A DNA stretch of 64,000 nucleotides from Paragordius varius (taxonomy: Eukaryota; Animalia; Nematomorpha). A program made the position numbers and the translations under genes. The notes below the pieces were generated by a model. The model was not told the DNA's origin. It ran no database searches and saw nothing but the letters and a program-made list of their open reading frames with translations. Shown here in pieces: positions 31,701-45,150 of the stretch. The stretch lies in contig OZ176050.1 of the NCBI GenBank assembly GCA_964247055.1, positions 6,324,001 to 6,388,000 on the forward strand, written 5' to 3'. How positions within the stretch are numbered: the stretch's first letter is position 1; every line of letters starts with the position of its first letter.

Positions 31701-34700
31701 ACCCCCCCCCCCCCCATTAAATTCTTTCGACTCTATTATATATCTATTCACTTAAATAACACACTAGTTTAGTTATTTAACTGAATGAATTAACTTTAAA
31801 TTCTAAAACTATAAAAAAATAGCTAAAATATTTAAAATAAATCAATGAATTATTTATTAGGTTGAATGTTACACACAAACATACAGAGACGGAGAGTAAA
31901 TGGAATAAACTTCAAAGATGTCAAATGAAAATCCCTTTTACCAAAATTTTTAATTATTTAAATGAGCATGTCCTTTTTTTGATTGTGTATGGTCTTGGCT
32001 TAGTATTTTCAAAAAAATTTGCACATAATTTATCTGCTTTTTAGGATTTTTAGTTTAAATAGTAAAATGACACTTGACAGTTCTATTAATTGAAAAAAAA
32101 GCCTTTCATCAAAAAATTCAATGGAACAATTTATGAACCTATTATTTTAATTATGGAATGTTTTTTTAGCAATTAAGATAGGGAGAATAATAAATTTTGA
32201 AAAATTTTGGTATATTGCCTTAAAATGCTAAAAACATGCATTCGATTGCAACCAAATAATATACCATTTACAATTCAAATTCACCCTTGAACAATTCAAA
32301 TTCACCCTAAAAATAAATTATGAAATTTCAGTCTAATATCTCATCATTAAAATTAATTATATTTTTATGGCAAAGTTTATTCTTATTTTTTTGATTACAT
32401 ACAAAATTTCTTCTATTATTATAAAAATGTATAGGTAATATTTAATCTTAAAAAGCACATAATTTATTTTAGGGTGAATTTTAATTGTTCGAGGATGAAT
32501 TTGAATTGTTCGAAGATAAATTTAAACTGTAAATGGTATAATATGTTTTATATGATTTGTGTAGCATGTCCATACAACACATATAAACACTCTCACGGTA
32601 ATTATGAATGTCAATCCTGTCCGCCCAATAGTGAATCAAGCAGAGACAATCACAGAGACTTTCCAACTGTCATGTGCAACTGCAAAGCCGGGTTTTACAG
32701 ACCCGCTTCTAAATTTTATGCAGACACGGCTTGTCAAACCCCTCCCCCACCAGTTAAAAATTTAACGGTTCAACATTTGGATTCGAGTGAAATTATACTT
32801 GAATGGTTTGACTCTACTGCATCGATCAAACAACAAAATGATGGACCAGCTAAAATGAATAGCAGCAGTATTACGAATAATGAGGATTTATCTCTTCTTA
32901 CAGAACCGCATCTTTTCCCTCTCCAGTATCGCGTAACATGCGATGTATGTCCGTTTAACGTTGAGTAAGTCACTATATTTTAAAAAAATACTATATTTTT
33001 ATCAAATAAATTTTAGCTATAAATGGACCTCTTAAATTAATATTTTTTATATGAAAAGATATATACCGGACAGTGAAAACTTGAATGAAACATCGGTTAA
33101 TATTAAAAATTTAAATCCTGGCACAATCTATACATTCAATGTGTACAGTGAAAATGTCATATCAAGCATTGCTGGTTTAGCTAATCATGCAAGCATTACT
33201 ATGCAAACCAAATTTTATCGTAATTTACATTACAATAACCTTATTTTTGATAGATTATAATTTGAATTCTCGTAAAATCTAATATATTCAAAATTTGATA
33301 AAAGATGTCTGAAAAACTAATAATGTTTAAAACAAAAAAATTATTTTTTAGCCAAATTTGGACGCTCTTTGTTGCCTTTGTTTTATTATATAGTGCTATA
33401 TAACAATGAAATATGTTATGATAATTTGAACCACAACACTTTTTTGTGATAATTCCACGACACAAATATTTATTGGGTTTATTTTTAGTACCAATTTTAA
33501 TAACCGATACACGAATCAATAAAATCGGAACTGATTTCGTACAAATGGATTGGAGGATAGATGATGATGGATATCCCGACAATCAAACAATGGGCGTACG
33601 TTTTCAAATATATTATGAGCTGCTTATTACTGATGCTCAACAAAACGCCATACTTAATGTTCAAAATAATGGGGTGGTGTCTTACAAAGAAGTGGACACC
33701 CTTTTAACCACCACTGAATTAAATGGCCTCAAACCCGATTCTCGTTACAAGATTAAAGTAAATTAATTATCATTTCGAGAAAAAAAATAATTTATGCAAT
33801 AAATGATCAATAGTTTTAATATTTTTTTTCTATTTATAAAATTAATTTATAATTTTTATTAAGATACGTGCATTGACAAATGATGCATTTGGTGCATATT
33901 CCGAACCTGTGATATTCAAGACGCTGCCTTCCTCATCTTACGTATCTAATCCCGAAAGTAATTAATCCCTTTTTCCATTAACATTACATATTAATTTTCA
34001 CATAATTGTGAGTGTCTTGATTCGTAAAATCCCAAATGAATTAGTAATATAATTGATATTATATATCAACATTGTTTTAGTTTGTGTTTCCATATAATTG
34101 TCTAGATTTTAATCAATACCTTTTTTTTTCATACAAAACTTGACTTTTAGTGTAAAAATTGGCCTCAATATTGTATAAATATTTATTAGGCATTTTTGTT
34201 TGTCGATATTGAAATTCTGAAGGCCTGACGGTATAGTAGGTAGGGCGCAGGATTTTTACACTATGTGTGTGGAGTCGCAGAGTTTCAAGTTAGAAACTAC
34301 GCAATTTTTCCATCATCACTGCCTATAAGCTCTGGGCAGGCGAGTGTTAAAGCTTTCACAAGTCCGGATACAATTAAGTCCTTACCCTTTAATAAAAAGG
34401 AAAAAGAGACTCTAAATGTATATTTATTTGTTTTTTATTGTCGATATTAAAATTATAGGTTCTGTTTCAAACACTTTTGAAAAAACCGATAATAATCGAG
34501 ATAACATTACGAATATAGACACGGATTATGTAAACGATGTTGAAAATAATGCGGAAGCTAAGCAATCCCAAATTGGCCTAATTGTAGCGCGTTGTTTTAT
34601 AGTCCTTATATCTTTGCTCGGGATAATATCATTAACGGCGTATCTAGTTAAAAGGTAATTTCTTTTTCTCCAACTTTTTATGTATTAATGAGCCCCATGA

Positions 34701-37700
34701 TATATATTAGTTACATAAATATATTTATTATCGCATAATTAGGCGTAATAAAAAATGCCAAGGGAAATCTACGAGTGATTGTGATTCTTTGGAAGTTAAA
34801 ACGGGCCCAGAAGGTAAAATGAGTGATTTATGACTGCATACAATGTTGTAATTATAATTATATCCATATAAATGCGCATTCATTATGGCTATTCCTTTTG
34901 CTTTTAATTGTACGCTTTGCTTAATGCTTATTGCTTGCTTATTTATAATTACTACTAACACATCAAAAACATTTATATAGTTATGACACCATTATTTCCA
35001 CCTCCAATTTTACCACCGAGCGCATTTAACACTTTAGTCGCTTCTCAACAACCTTATGGGCATCACATACTACCCTTTTACAATGGCTTAGCCCCTCGGA
35101 ATGATTATATTATACATGCATCACACAATGAGAATAATACCAACACGCATGTTTATGAAGAAGAAAGAGATAGTATATATTATGGTGGTATGACAAACCA
35201 AAAGTCCAACACAGTCATAGATGGAAATCTCATGAATTACAATAGGACAGATATGAGCCTCAACCAAGAAATCTTGTCCACTAATGGAGAACAGAAACAA
35301 TGTTCAAGGCCTTATTTGACTAGTGCCATTCCTGGACAAATATTGCATCCTTACCAACAAACTTCAAATCCGCAAGAAAATCCTTATTACATGGCCGCCT
35401 CAATCCAACATAATGCTTTGCCCCCGCTTCCCCTATTCCCTTCCCACTCTCATCCATTTTATGGAACTGATTCTACCAATCACCAAATGTTGGATTACAA
35501 CAACAGATATTATGCTGTTGACAATTTGGATAACCAAAACTCTCAACCTCGAATATCCACATACTATTCGAGTTTAGAGGATGAAAGTATGACTTTAGCG
35601 GCGCACCTTAATAACATGGCGGCACACAAACGTAATAGTAAATACATTCATGCTAATCAAGTTATTGATCCACTTACAAATCAACATCATTTTATCCATT
35701 TTTTGGGGATGGAACGTGAAATAACTACAGCTACTGATGAAAGAATGTCAAATTTTGTCGCCCCAATGCATAATCAAATGGCTGATTTTGGGGCGGCAAC
35801 ATCTACGCTAAAACCTTCACTCGATTCAGGGTTTGGGAGTCAACATTCCGAACCTACAGGCCAAAAGCTGGAAAATCTTAAAGATGACCAACTTAATTGT
35901 CATAATTTGGTTACCACTAATTTGGACAATAAATCGATTAACGATGACTCGAAAAATTATCCATACCTAAACGATAATAGTTGTGTGAATGGCTTACCAC
36001 CTCTAAACAATTTTAATACAAATAATAACAATAATAATAATAATAATGGGAAGGATGATTTGAATCAATGTTATATAAAATATGCATTTAACAACACTAA
36101 TGTGTCTGACTCTAATCAGGCCGTATCACGCATAGATAATATTAATGGCTTTCATAACACTAACAAAGATGCGCTTGCTATATTTATTGATAATAAGGCT
36201 AAAACTAACCCAATAGATATATCACACACGATGATAGGTATTAAACGTTTTAAATATATTAGTTTTTTATTTCGGTCATTTAAATTAGTCTAAATAATAT
36301 ATATATTTCCAGGTAAAGGAAAACATTACTATCGAATGTTTTATGGGGCCAACAGGTATATCCAAGATCATCATAACAAAAAATCCAAAAATTCGCAGGT
36401 AATTGTTGCACTCAACAATTTTTTTTCTTAATACTTTTTTATACATATATAGTGGCGTTATTAAATTCCTTTAACGTTTATACATTTAGAATTCAAATTT
36501 TGGGACCTTTGAGCATCACCCAAGATTACGATCGGGAACTTGTAATGGGGCGAACAAAAGTAGTCTAAGACGTTCCTCTTGTTTGTTTGTGGCACCGAGT
36601 TTTAGCCGATCAGCCAATTCTCGCGACAGTCACACCTATGAAGAACCAGCTGTCATTCAAAACATGGCCATTCTACAATCATCTTCTATTCAAAATTATC
36701 CGGTACAGCTTAGTAAATCGAAACTTTTATATCTTGCAAAAAATTATGTGATATCGTTGCCAAGAACCGATCGAAATTATAAAAAATGAATAATGTAGAG
36801 GGTCGTTTCATACATATATTTTAAGCGATATCTAATGTTTGTATAATTATGCTAAAATGTCAAATATTTAATATGTCTGTTTCTGGGTATTTTTATTATC
36901 TTAATCACAAATTCTGCTCTTATTTTTTATCTTAAAGAGTTAAATTTTAAACATTACTATGTTAATATATATATTCATCCAATAACTTTTATATGGGTTA
37001 TGATGGGATTCGTCATATAACATTTTTTATTTTGATTAAAGGGTTTTGGTCAAATGGAAGCTATGTTCAAACAAATCGATCCACAAGTTGACGAATGTCG
37101 CATCTTATCAAATAGTCATGTATTGCTAAAGAAGGGAACATTTCTAAATGTTTATCGTGCTATTATGTGCAGTAACGTGGAAAGTAATGATATTAGAAAT
37201 ATGTCCTATTTTTGTGAAGCTTAAATCCTTTATATAAACCATTTTTATCATTTTTATTCTTGCCGTTTTAGGTGATGCCAATTCTAACCATAGCAATATG
37301 ATAAACCCAATAAAACGTATGGGAAACATTTTGAGTGATTTGAAATCTAGCACGGAATCAAATCATCAAACATCATTAGACAAAACGGGGTCTGAACAGA
37401 CGAATTCCAAAACAACAGGAACCGGTTTAACTAATGTTTGTGTTAAAACATTTATGATTAACACATTATCACCACCAGCAACAGGAGATAAAATACTGAA
37501 AAATTTGATTAAATTTGTCAACAAAGCCTTGACTTTGCAACACATTGCTAAATGTTTGAATAATGGCACGAAACAAAAAGAAACTAACAAAAAATGCGAT
37601 AATTCATTTATGTCCCAATCAGAGGAACAAAATTATTGCAAACATTTGATACGTTTTGTAGGTGTTTACCAAAAAAATTGCTTCATGCCAACATTGACGC

Positions 37701-40244
37701 ATAATTTTACCATTATAACGGAATTTTGTGAGAATGGTTCTCTCGAATCTTTTTTAAAGGTACAACTTATTTCTTACTTTATTTAAAATTTGTACATTCC
37801 TTTGAGTTGACTTTTTTTATTTTGAAAGGACATTTTTTAAAGTAAATAATCTCTGAACTAATTAGTTTTTTTAAATAAATTTTAAAAATTAGTCGTGAAA
37901 ATTCCTATTTTTAATTACCTTAATAAATAATATTTATATTAATTTGCATAGCACAATGAATACAAATTAACGCTAAACCAATTGTTGGAACTGTGTGCCG
38001 GAATTGCTAAAGGGATGGAAAAATTACATGAAATAGTTGGGCCAAATTTTTCCCATATGAAACTTACACCATGGCATGTCTATGTTGACCGACAAATGAA
38101 TTCCAGAATAGCTTCCATAAATGGTAGCATATGTATAATTTTAAACTATTTCTATTGGTAACGAAAATTTTTATAATTGTTTGCTTGAATTAAAAAGATT
38201 TAAACTAAATACAATTTAAAAGGCAATTAAATCAAAAATATAAAAGATAGCAAAACGCTAATTATATTTTTACATATAGCTTTCCATGATAACAATCTCA
38301 AATACATTATCAAAGATAGAGTTGGCTATAAATTAACGCCCCAAACTGGTGGAGCAGAACCAAATAATTATAAAGTAGATTTTTTCAAAATATTTATTGA
38401 AATTTATATATATAACGTACATAATATATACATATTTATTTAAACTTCTAACATTTAAATTATGTTATTACTAGGAAACAATTAAAATACCACTACGTTA
38501 TACTGCACCAGAATGCTTGGTGAACATACTTGAAAATAATATTTCAAATACTCAATTATTTGAGGACGCTCGTTACGGAAATAACCAACAAATGACATCC
38601 AACCCGCTAAAACTATTTAATCAAAGTAGTGATGTATGGAGTTTTGGTGTAATATGTTGGGACATTTTTAATTATTGCACCCTTAAGCCATATGAATTGT
38701 TGAACGGTAATGGACCTGCTTCGCTTGAACCAAAGTGTCTCCTAACTGCACTTTATAATCAATGTTATCGCCTTCCTCCACCTATGGTGAGTACAAAAAA
38801 AACAATAGTTTTAAATTATTTTTTTACAATTAATGTAGATTTATATGGTTTTAATTTATAACAGATGTGCCCGGAAATTTTGCATGAAATTATGATGTAT
38901 TGCTGGCATTTTGATCCAAACAAACGGCCAACATTTAGTCAATTGACTAAATTTTTGTGCGGAATACAAAAAAGAGAAAATCATTATATAATGGATTCAC
39001 CTGCATACATAAAGTAAAAATTTCATAGACCATCAAAAAATATTTTATTAATCCTTTTATACCAAACCATGATTAAATTTTTTTCAAACTTTGTAGAACA
39101 AATTAATGCTTTAAGTCGAATCAAATTTAAACGTAATTTTTTATGCCATAGTTGCTGAATATAACAATTTTATTCATATAACCGTTATTTATTTATAACA
39201 GATCAATTAACTATGATCCTGTCGGTGCTTCATGTTTTTCCGGATTAGAGGATTGGCTAAATTATCTTAAGTTGGGTCGGTATGCGCCTTTGTTTGAAGC
39301 ATTTAATGTTCGAAAATTGGAGGAACTGCTACGTATTACCTCGCATGAATCTATGGGTGAAGCCAGAGGCGTAGAAAGAATCAGACCTCTAACGCCCAAT
39401 CACCATTTATTAAATTTAATAAATTCCATGAGTATAACAAATTTAGCCCATAAAAATAAGCTCTATATGGGTCTCGAAACCATACGACAAAGTCTTGAAC
39501 CATTAGTGATGAAAAATAATCCAGATATGGAATACAATCAATTTTTACCCGTTCTTGCTTCTAATTGGCAAACCATTATAAGTGAATCGATGGTCGTGGA
39601 TTCGACAGCTTCCTTAAAAGACACCATGTTAATGCGTAACAAGCAAATGTCAAAAAAATCACCCGTCAAAAACACAAAAATGAAATCATCAGTCAAGAGC
39701 GGTAAAATAGCCAAGGAAAAGAAAAATAAATCTAATAATTCGCACCAGGAGAATCTAATAGGATTAGGTAAGAGTTAAACTTAATCCTAATACATTTATG
39801 ACAATAGTTTTATTAAAAGAGTGTAATTTCATATTATATAGGATAAAATATTTAATCCAAATTATAGATTCGCCTCCAAACGTAACAAAATCAAACAATT
39901 ATACAATGCCAGAAAGTGGATGCCATATAAATTTAACCATGTCTTTAAACAGTTCCACGGAATCATCAAATGGAACCAATTTTGAGGCAGAAACGATAGA
40001 ATTATCATCATCATCTAATAACAACAGATTACCAAATAATACACATAAAGAAACCGATATATTTAATGGTAGTACAATTAACACATCTTCCCAAGCTGCA
40101 ATGATGGTTTATCCCACTGTGATCCAAAACAATTATCATAAAAATGTCTGTAGTCCACAAAATTCTGATGTAACAAAAGCTACCCAATTATTTTGGCCCA
40201 CGTCTCATGATTCACATACACCTGTTAACGGATATTTAGTCTGA
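19725..40244 (+). CDS. Eph: Eph receptor-family protein with catalytically degenerate kinase domain (~2,080 aa). Exons: 19725-19773 (uncertain), 20603-20688, 24150-24770, 25035-25479, 32565-32964, 33059-33219, 33489-33757, 33864-33957, 34459-34654, 34743-34813, 34981-36237, 36313-36398, 36490-36702, 37042-37183, 37272-37759, 37952-38123, 38280-38374, 38475-38786, 38865-39013, 39202-39767, 39868-40244
   Basis: Complete Eph domain order: ligand-binding domain (VNLLDT..WLEE..RSYVVCD..DNWLRTP..YSMRDC..CKETF..GFHLAFHDTGACLSLLAVE), sushi/EGF Cys-rich region (CDPGY, CPYNTYK..CQSCPPNS..CNCKAGFYR), two FN3 domains, TM helix, HTYEEP, kinase fold (ITEFCENGSL, KIPLRYTAPE, SDVWSFGV, YRLPPPM, CWHFDPNKRPTFSQL), SAM domain (LEDWLNYLKLGRY) and C-terminal GYLV. 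Splice phases are consistent throughout (6249 nt). The first exon and two donor choices are uncertain. Confidence 0.92.
24104..24127. repeat. (TA)n microsatellite (similar tracts at ~1408-1430, ~8298-8335 and ~20510-20530)
   Basis: Direct reading of the sequence. Confidence 0.9.
32262..32538. mobile_element. 277-bp MITE (family C) with TACCATT termini and 21-bp subterminal repeats
   Basis: TA|TACCATTTACAATTCAAATTCACCCTTGAACAATTCAAATTCACCCTAAA ... inverted copy ending TGTAAATGGTA|TA. Confidence 0.85.
34222..34380 (+). repeat. Possible tRNA-derived SINE head / GC-richer island in an Eph intron
   Basis: GGCCTGACGGTATAGTAGGTAGGGCGCAGGAT resembles a tRNA 5' half with an A-box, and GAGTTTCAAGT is a weak B-box. 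There is no proper cloverleaf and only one copy in the window. Confidence 0.25.
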
Positions 40245-41027
40245 AAACAGACCAAATGTTAATATAGATTGATTGATTACCTTGGAGAGAGGAGAGAGTA
40301 AGTAATGAATGCATAATTTTCCGGTGCTTATATCATTCTCCAATTAAAATGCATATAAAATGTGAATATCACCAAAGTTATTGTGTATGTTAGTGATATA
40401 GTGCCAGATCTCAATCAAAAAGCGTTGATCAATGAGGGTTAAAGGCATCTACAATAACCATTTAATTGATGACAATTTATTTCCAATTGCATTTTATTTA
40501 TGACCAATTTTTTATGTTACAAATATGATATATATATGACAAATTTTTAATGTAAAAAATAAATTAATTAGTAAACAGTTTTATAAGTTGTGTGTGGGCT
40601 AATTATTTCAATCCGTTTTGTATAAATTAGCAGTGGACTTGTCATGCGTCGTGTTTAAGTTTTCAAAAGATGGTCTTATCAGTTTATTTATAAAGGTGAT
40701 AACCATAATTGATTTCGAATAAGGTCACAAGTTTTTCTGAATATTGCTTCAAGATTCTTTTTATGAAGGGAAAAGGAAAGTTTAATCTAGGGTTGGCCCT
40801 TGCCTAAAAGCTAATTAAAAGCGCTATTAAGTTAACCATAAACACCCAGCAAGAGTATGTTTTAATTATTATTATACTATCAAAAAGCATGAATGTTTCA
40901 TGGAATAATTGATTAATTTACGTAAAATATAATTAAAATTATTTATTCATTTTTTTGATCCATAGTTTCTAAATGAAAATAATGAAATACAATAAAAATA
41001 GATTATAAAACAAAAGGAAAAAGTAAA

Positions 41028-41598
41028 CACATCGAAAATTGGGGTATCTAAATACCCCAGATTAAATTTAAATTAAAATTTTTAAAAAACTACTGAAGGA
41101 AGCAGTCCCAATATTAATTGCTTCTATCCTAATAAAAATTATATAAAAAAGCCAAAATATCTAAAGAAAATTTCGTTTTGAAAAAAAGGTTCCATGTCAA
41201 ACTACTCAGACGCCATTTTAAATCTACCAAAATTTTGCAAAATATCGTGTTAATTTGATTCTAACGATAAAATTAAAGCTAATTTTTTTATTTAAATTAC
41301 ATCTAATTTTGCTAGAAATGTAAAAAGTGGATTGTTTTGTATATTTTTCAATTTAGCCAATGCACATATGTTACGTTAACTAAATTTTTACCTTTGGGTT
41401 TTACATTAAAAAAAGAAATATCAAGTATTTTTGAATAAAATTTTTTATATATTTCGGTTTATTAATGTAGGTGCAAAATTTTGCTATGGTTTCGATTCCT
41501 TCCATATTTTTTGAAGTATTTAATTTTAAAAAGGCCTGGGGTATCCAACCACCCCAATTTAAATCGAAGGACTGAAATGAGTGTGTTGTATCCAAGTG
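41028..41598 (+). mobile_element. piggyBac-type MITE (~570 bp), degenerate left end
   Basis: Aligns along its length with 47516-48083 and, inverted, with 51827-52404. Contains GGGGTATCTAAATACCCC and ends ATCCAAGTG|TTAA. Confidence 0.75.
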
Positions 41599-42397
41599 TT
41601 AAATGACAGCCATACTTTTGGAATCTTGATTTTTTATATCGCGTTCATTACGATTGTGAAATATATAATTGAAATTGTGACCAATTAACATTTCTGTTCC
41701 CAATTTTGCAACCCAGAAGGATAAGTTATTTTTTAAAAATCAAGGTTTAAAATATGGTGGTCTTTCAAAAATATTTGTCTTTTATTTTTTTGTTTTTATA
41801 AATACAATTTTTACTGTAATAATGATTAAAATTAATAAATTAAAACCAAAAAAATACCATTAAAAAAGATATTACCATGTATCGAAAATTCTGGATATAG
41901 GTTAGTTTTATATAAAATTTAGGAGGAATATTATTATTAAACTCATGTGTTTCTGAAAACTTGGACTTAAGTTTTTCACAATTTAAATTTTTCGACCACT
42001 AATTTTTGGGGGTGGAGATGCATTTTACATCCTACAGGTTACTAACCAATGACTGAAAAGGCACTAGCTATGATTCTTATATTTTATCAGACAAATATTT
42101 AGGACCATTAACGACATAGGGTCTCATACGTGTTCCGAGAAATTGGTTAAAAAAATATTTTTAGAGCCTTAGTTTTTTACGAATTTTAGGGCAGGGCCTG
42201 AACACAGGGACTAATTTATAAATAATGTCATATAACCTATAAATTTTAAGGGGCATGACGGAGCACGGGGATGTATAAAAGAGTCAAAAATTGGCACCGT
42301 ATAAGTTAATATATTATGTTCAAAGTCAATATCTAACGCTTTTTGAAAAATATAAATTTAGAAATTTACGCACAATAAGGTGGATGTTGGTTTAAAG

Positions 42398-43296
42398 CAG
42401 GGGTGTTTAACAGGTGGTTCCGGAGCCAGCCCTTTAAAAAAAATTGAAAAAAAATTTTTTTTTGCAAAAAGTTTAATTTTTGAGTGGGTAAAATTTTTTA
42501 AAAGTAAAAATTTTAGCCAAATGTCAGCATAATGATTTTATTTGGCATTTAAATAAGGCTCTGATATGTTAATGCAAAATTATGATATTATCAAATTTTT
42601 CAATTGATTAATTTTCTCAGTATTAAAAAAAATGAATTTAAACAACCTTACATCCTTCGTTAAATCATCTCTATAATTACTCTGCAATAAAAAAATATTA
42701 ATTTAAATTATTTAATAAAATTTTTTGTTACAATTTATTTTAAATTGATATAGATCTTTAATTGTTTATGCTCTAATAAGATGATTATATATAAAAAACT
42801 ATGTTTCTAACCACATGAATCATTGTAAAGGGAATAAGTTTAAATCTTGGTGAAACAAGTGCATTGTTAATATAAATATTAAGACGTCGGATTTTATTTT
42901 AAAATAATTATAAAGGATTCCTCGGTAGCCCATATATATTTCTAATAGTTTATTATATTTAAAAAATGTTAAACAGATTTCAACAGGAATTTATGTGGGG
43001 TAAGTTTAAGTTGTTTTCTGGGAAAACATCATTTTCTAGAATAGAGTTTATAGTATATTCAATGGCAGATATAAAAGAATTAAGTTTAATTTGTCCATGC
43101 ATTTAATCAAATTTTTTGTTTTTACGCACATTAGTACAATTTAACAGCAAATTGAAAATAAACATATGTATATATGTTAAAATAATTAATTTATTTGATA
43201 TTTATGACTTGATATATATATTGATTCAAATGTGGCTCTTCGGAATTTCGAGACCGAAAATGTGGCTCTTCAAGCCATTTTTGTTAGGCACCCCTG
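42398..43296. mobile_element. Non-autonomous hAT element (Buster/Charlie type), 899 bp
   Basis: TIRs CAGGGGTGTTTAAC and GTTAGGCACCCCTG, with a perfect 8-bp TSD GTTTAAAG on both sides (42390-42397, 43297-43304) carrying a central TA. Subterminal AAATGTGGCTCTTC occurs twice. Confidence 0.92.
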
Positions 43297-44199
43297 GTTT
43301 AAAGATTACTGGAGCCTAGTAATTAAATATTTGTCATCTTGGAATAATTACATTTATTTCTTAAAATAATGGGATTTTAATATAATTACCAAAATTAAAA
43401 TTTGACCTATCCATTAAACAATAAATGTTTCTGATATAAAAGCTCAAGATGTTTGATTTTTTGGCAATAGATATTTATTTAACACTTCATTGCTTTTTGA
43501 AATATTTAAGTAATCGAGAGCGAATTTCGAATATTATAAAAATTATTTAAAATATTGGGCAAAGTATAAAAGTATGCAATATTATCTTTTAAGTGCATAC
43601 ATTCTTTTTTAAAAAGTGATGCAAAATATCTTTACCTCAAACTTTTCGCTGCCATTTTTTTCTATCTACAGCAAAAAATGAATATTATGGATCAAAAATG
43701 AAAATAATTAACTTTAGAGAGCTTCCAATTTTTTAGTAGCAAATTTTTATTTATAGATTATTATTATGTCAGCTGTTTGTTACAATCGAATTTTGGAGCT
43801 ATCAGAATTATTGGCTCTGATAGTTAGAACACAGTAAATATTAATTTTTTTATCTAATACAGGATAGCAATTTATATTATTGTAAACAAAACAGCAAGCA
43901 AAAGAGTAGTTTATTTACAACTTTCCGCGGGCTCTATTAACGGATGACTAGCATATGCCATTTTAAAATAAATATTAAGAAAAATAATTATTTTTGAAGT
44001 TATTTTTATATAAAATTTCAATCAATAAATGTTGATTCAGAAGACTTTTGGTTGTCATGCAAATATTAAAACATTTATTTAATTTATTAAATTTACAATG
44101 GATTAATTTTACATCTTGCGACGAATTTTGAATGATTGTAAAAAATAGATTTGTAGTTTTTGGCAAAAATCTTTATAATTTACTAGATTTTATGAATCA

Positions 44200-45150
44200 C
44201 TGCATAACTGGTTTTATATAAGGGACATATGCTCCAAGTAAATTCCGTCAAATCGAAAAGAGGGTCCGCGCCGAAGTTTTGAGATTAGTTAAGGAATTGG
44301 TGTGGACTAGTTACAGACATAAGATGATTAAGTCCGCTGTATTTTTGGAAGATAATATCAATTTTTACTACAAATATATCTTTTTTACATTAAATTATTC
44401 ATTTTCACATTTATAATATCTAAATTCGCTTTTTAATCTTGCTTTTTGGGACTCTGAAAAATCTATATATTATTTCTTCCTCTATCCTCCAAATTTCGTA
44501 AATTCATAAAATCTAAAAAATTATCATGAGATTTGCATAGAGCCACGAACCCATTATTTCTTGCAATCCTCGCTGCAGTTCCGTCGGTTGTTATGGATAC
44601 AAGCTTTGAAATCGTTAAAAAACTGTAATATAATTATTAAAAGGAATTCAATATACCCTGAATGGTGTGTTCTTGCAGAGGTAGACAAACTATAACTCCT
44701 GCGAATAACAACGCATAATTGCGCAATTCCAACTTAATCGGTGGACTCGTCAATTTGAAGCGAAAAAAATATACAAGATTTAATATTTTTTATTTAAAAT
44801 TTCGATAAGATGAGTAAGATCATCAGCTCCCCGCATAATTGTGTTTCTAGATAAGAATAATCTTTTTATTTCCATAATATTCTTTTTGTCTTCAAATTTT
44901 CAAACAGCACTTCAGAAGCTTAAATAAAAGCTTCTTTTCATTTTTTTCCGCCCTGAAAAAATTGGTTTCTTTGTTAGTATTTCTAATATTTTGTAAGTTG
45001 AAATTATGGAATTTGTTTGATCTTTACTGAATTTCATGCATAAGCATTAAGTTGCTCTTTCAATAGTTAATTTCTGATTTGCGAATATCTGAATTGTATT
45101 TTTGATACTTTATGAGAAGCGTAGTAAAATGTCTTTATTAGCAGTTTAGA
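44200..45150 (-). mobile_element. Decayed hAT (Buster/GTF2IRD2-like) transposase remnant
   Basis: Minus-strand translation with stops: STYKILEILTKKP..KEAFI*ASEVLFEN..LSRNTIMR, LQIDESTD*VGIAQLCVVIR, KLVSITTDGTAARIARNNGFVALCK. Confidence 0.85.

Noticed and set aside
32474-32564. N-terminal repeat MNFNCSRMNLNCSKINLNCKW on the Eph ORF
   Set aside because: It is the translation of the MITE right TIR. The exon starts at the AG at 32564.
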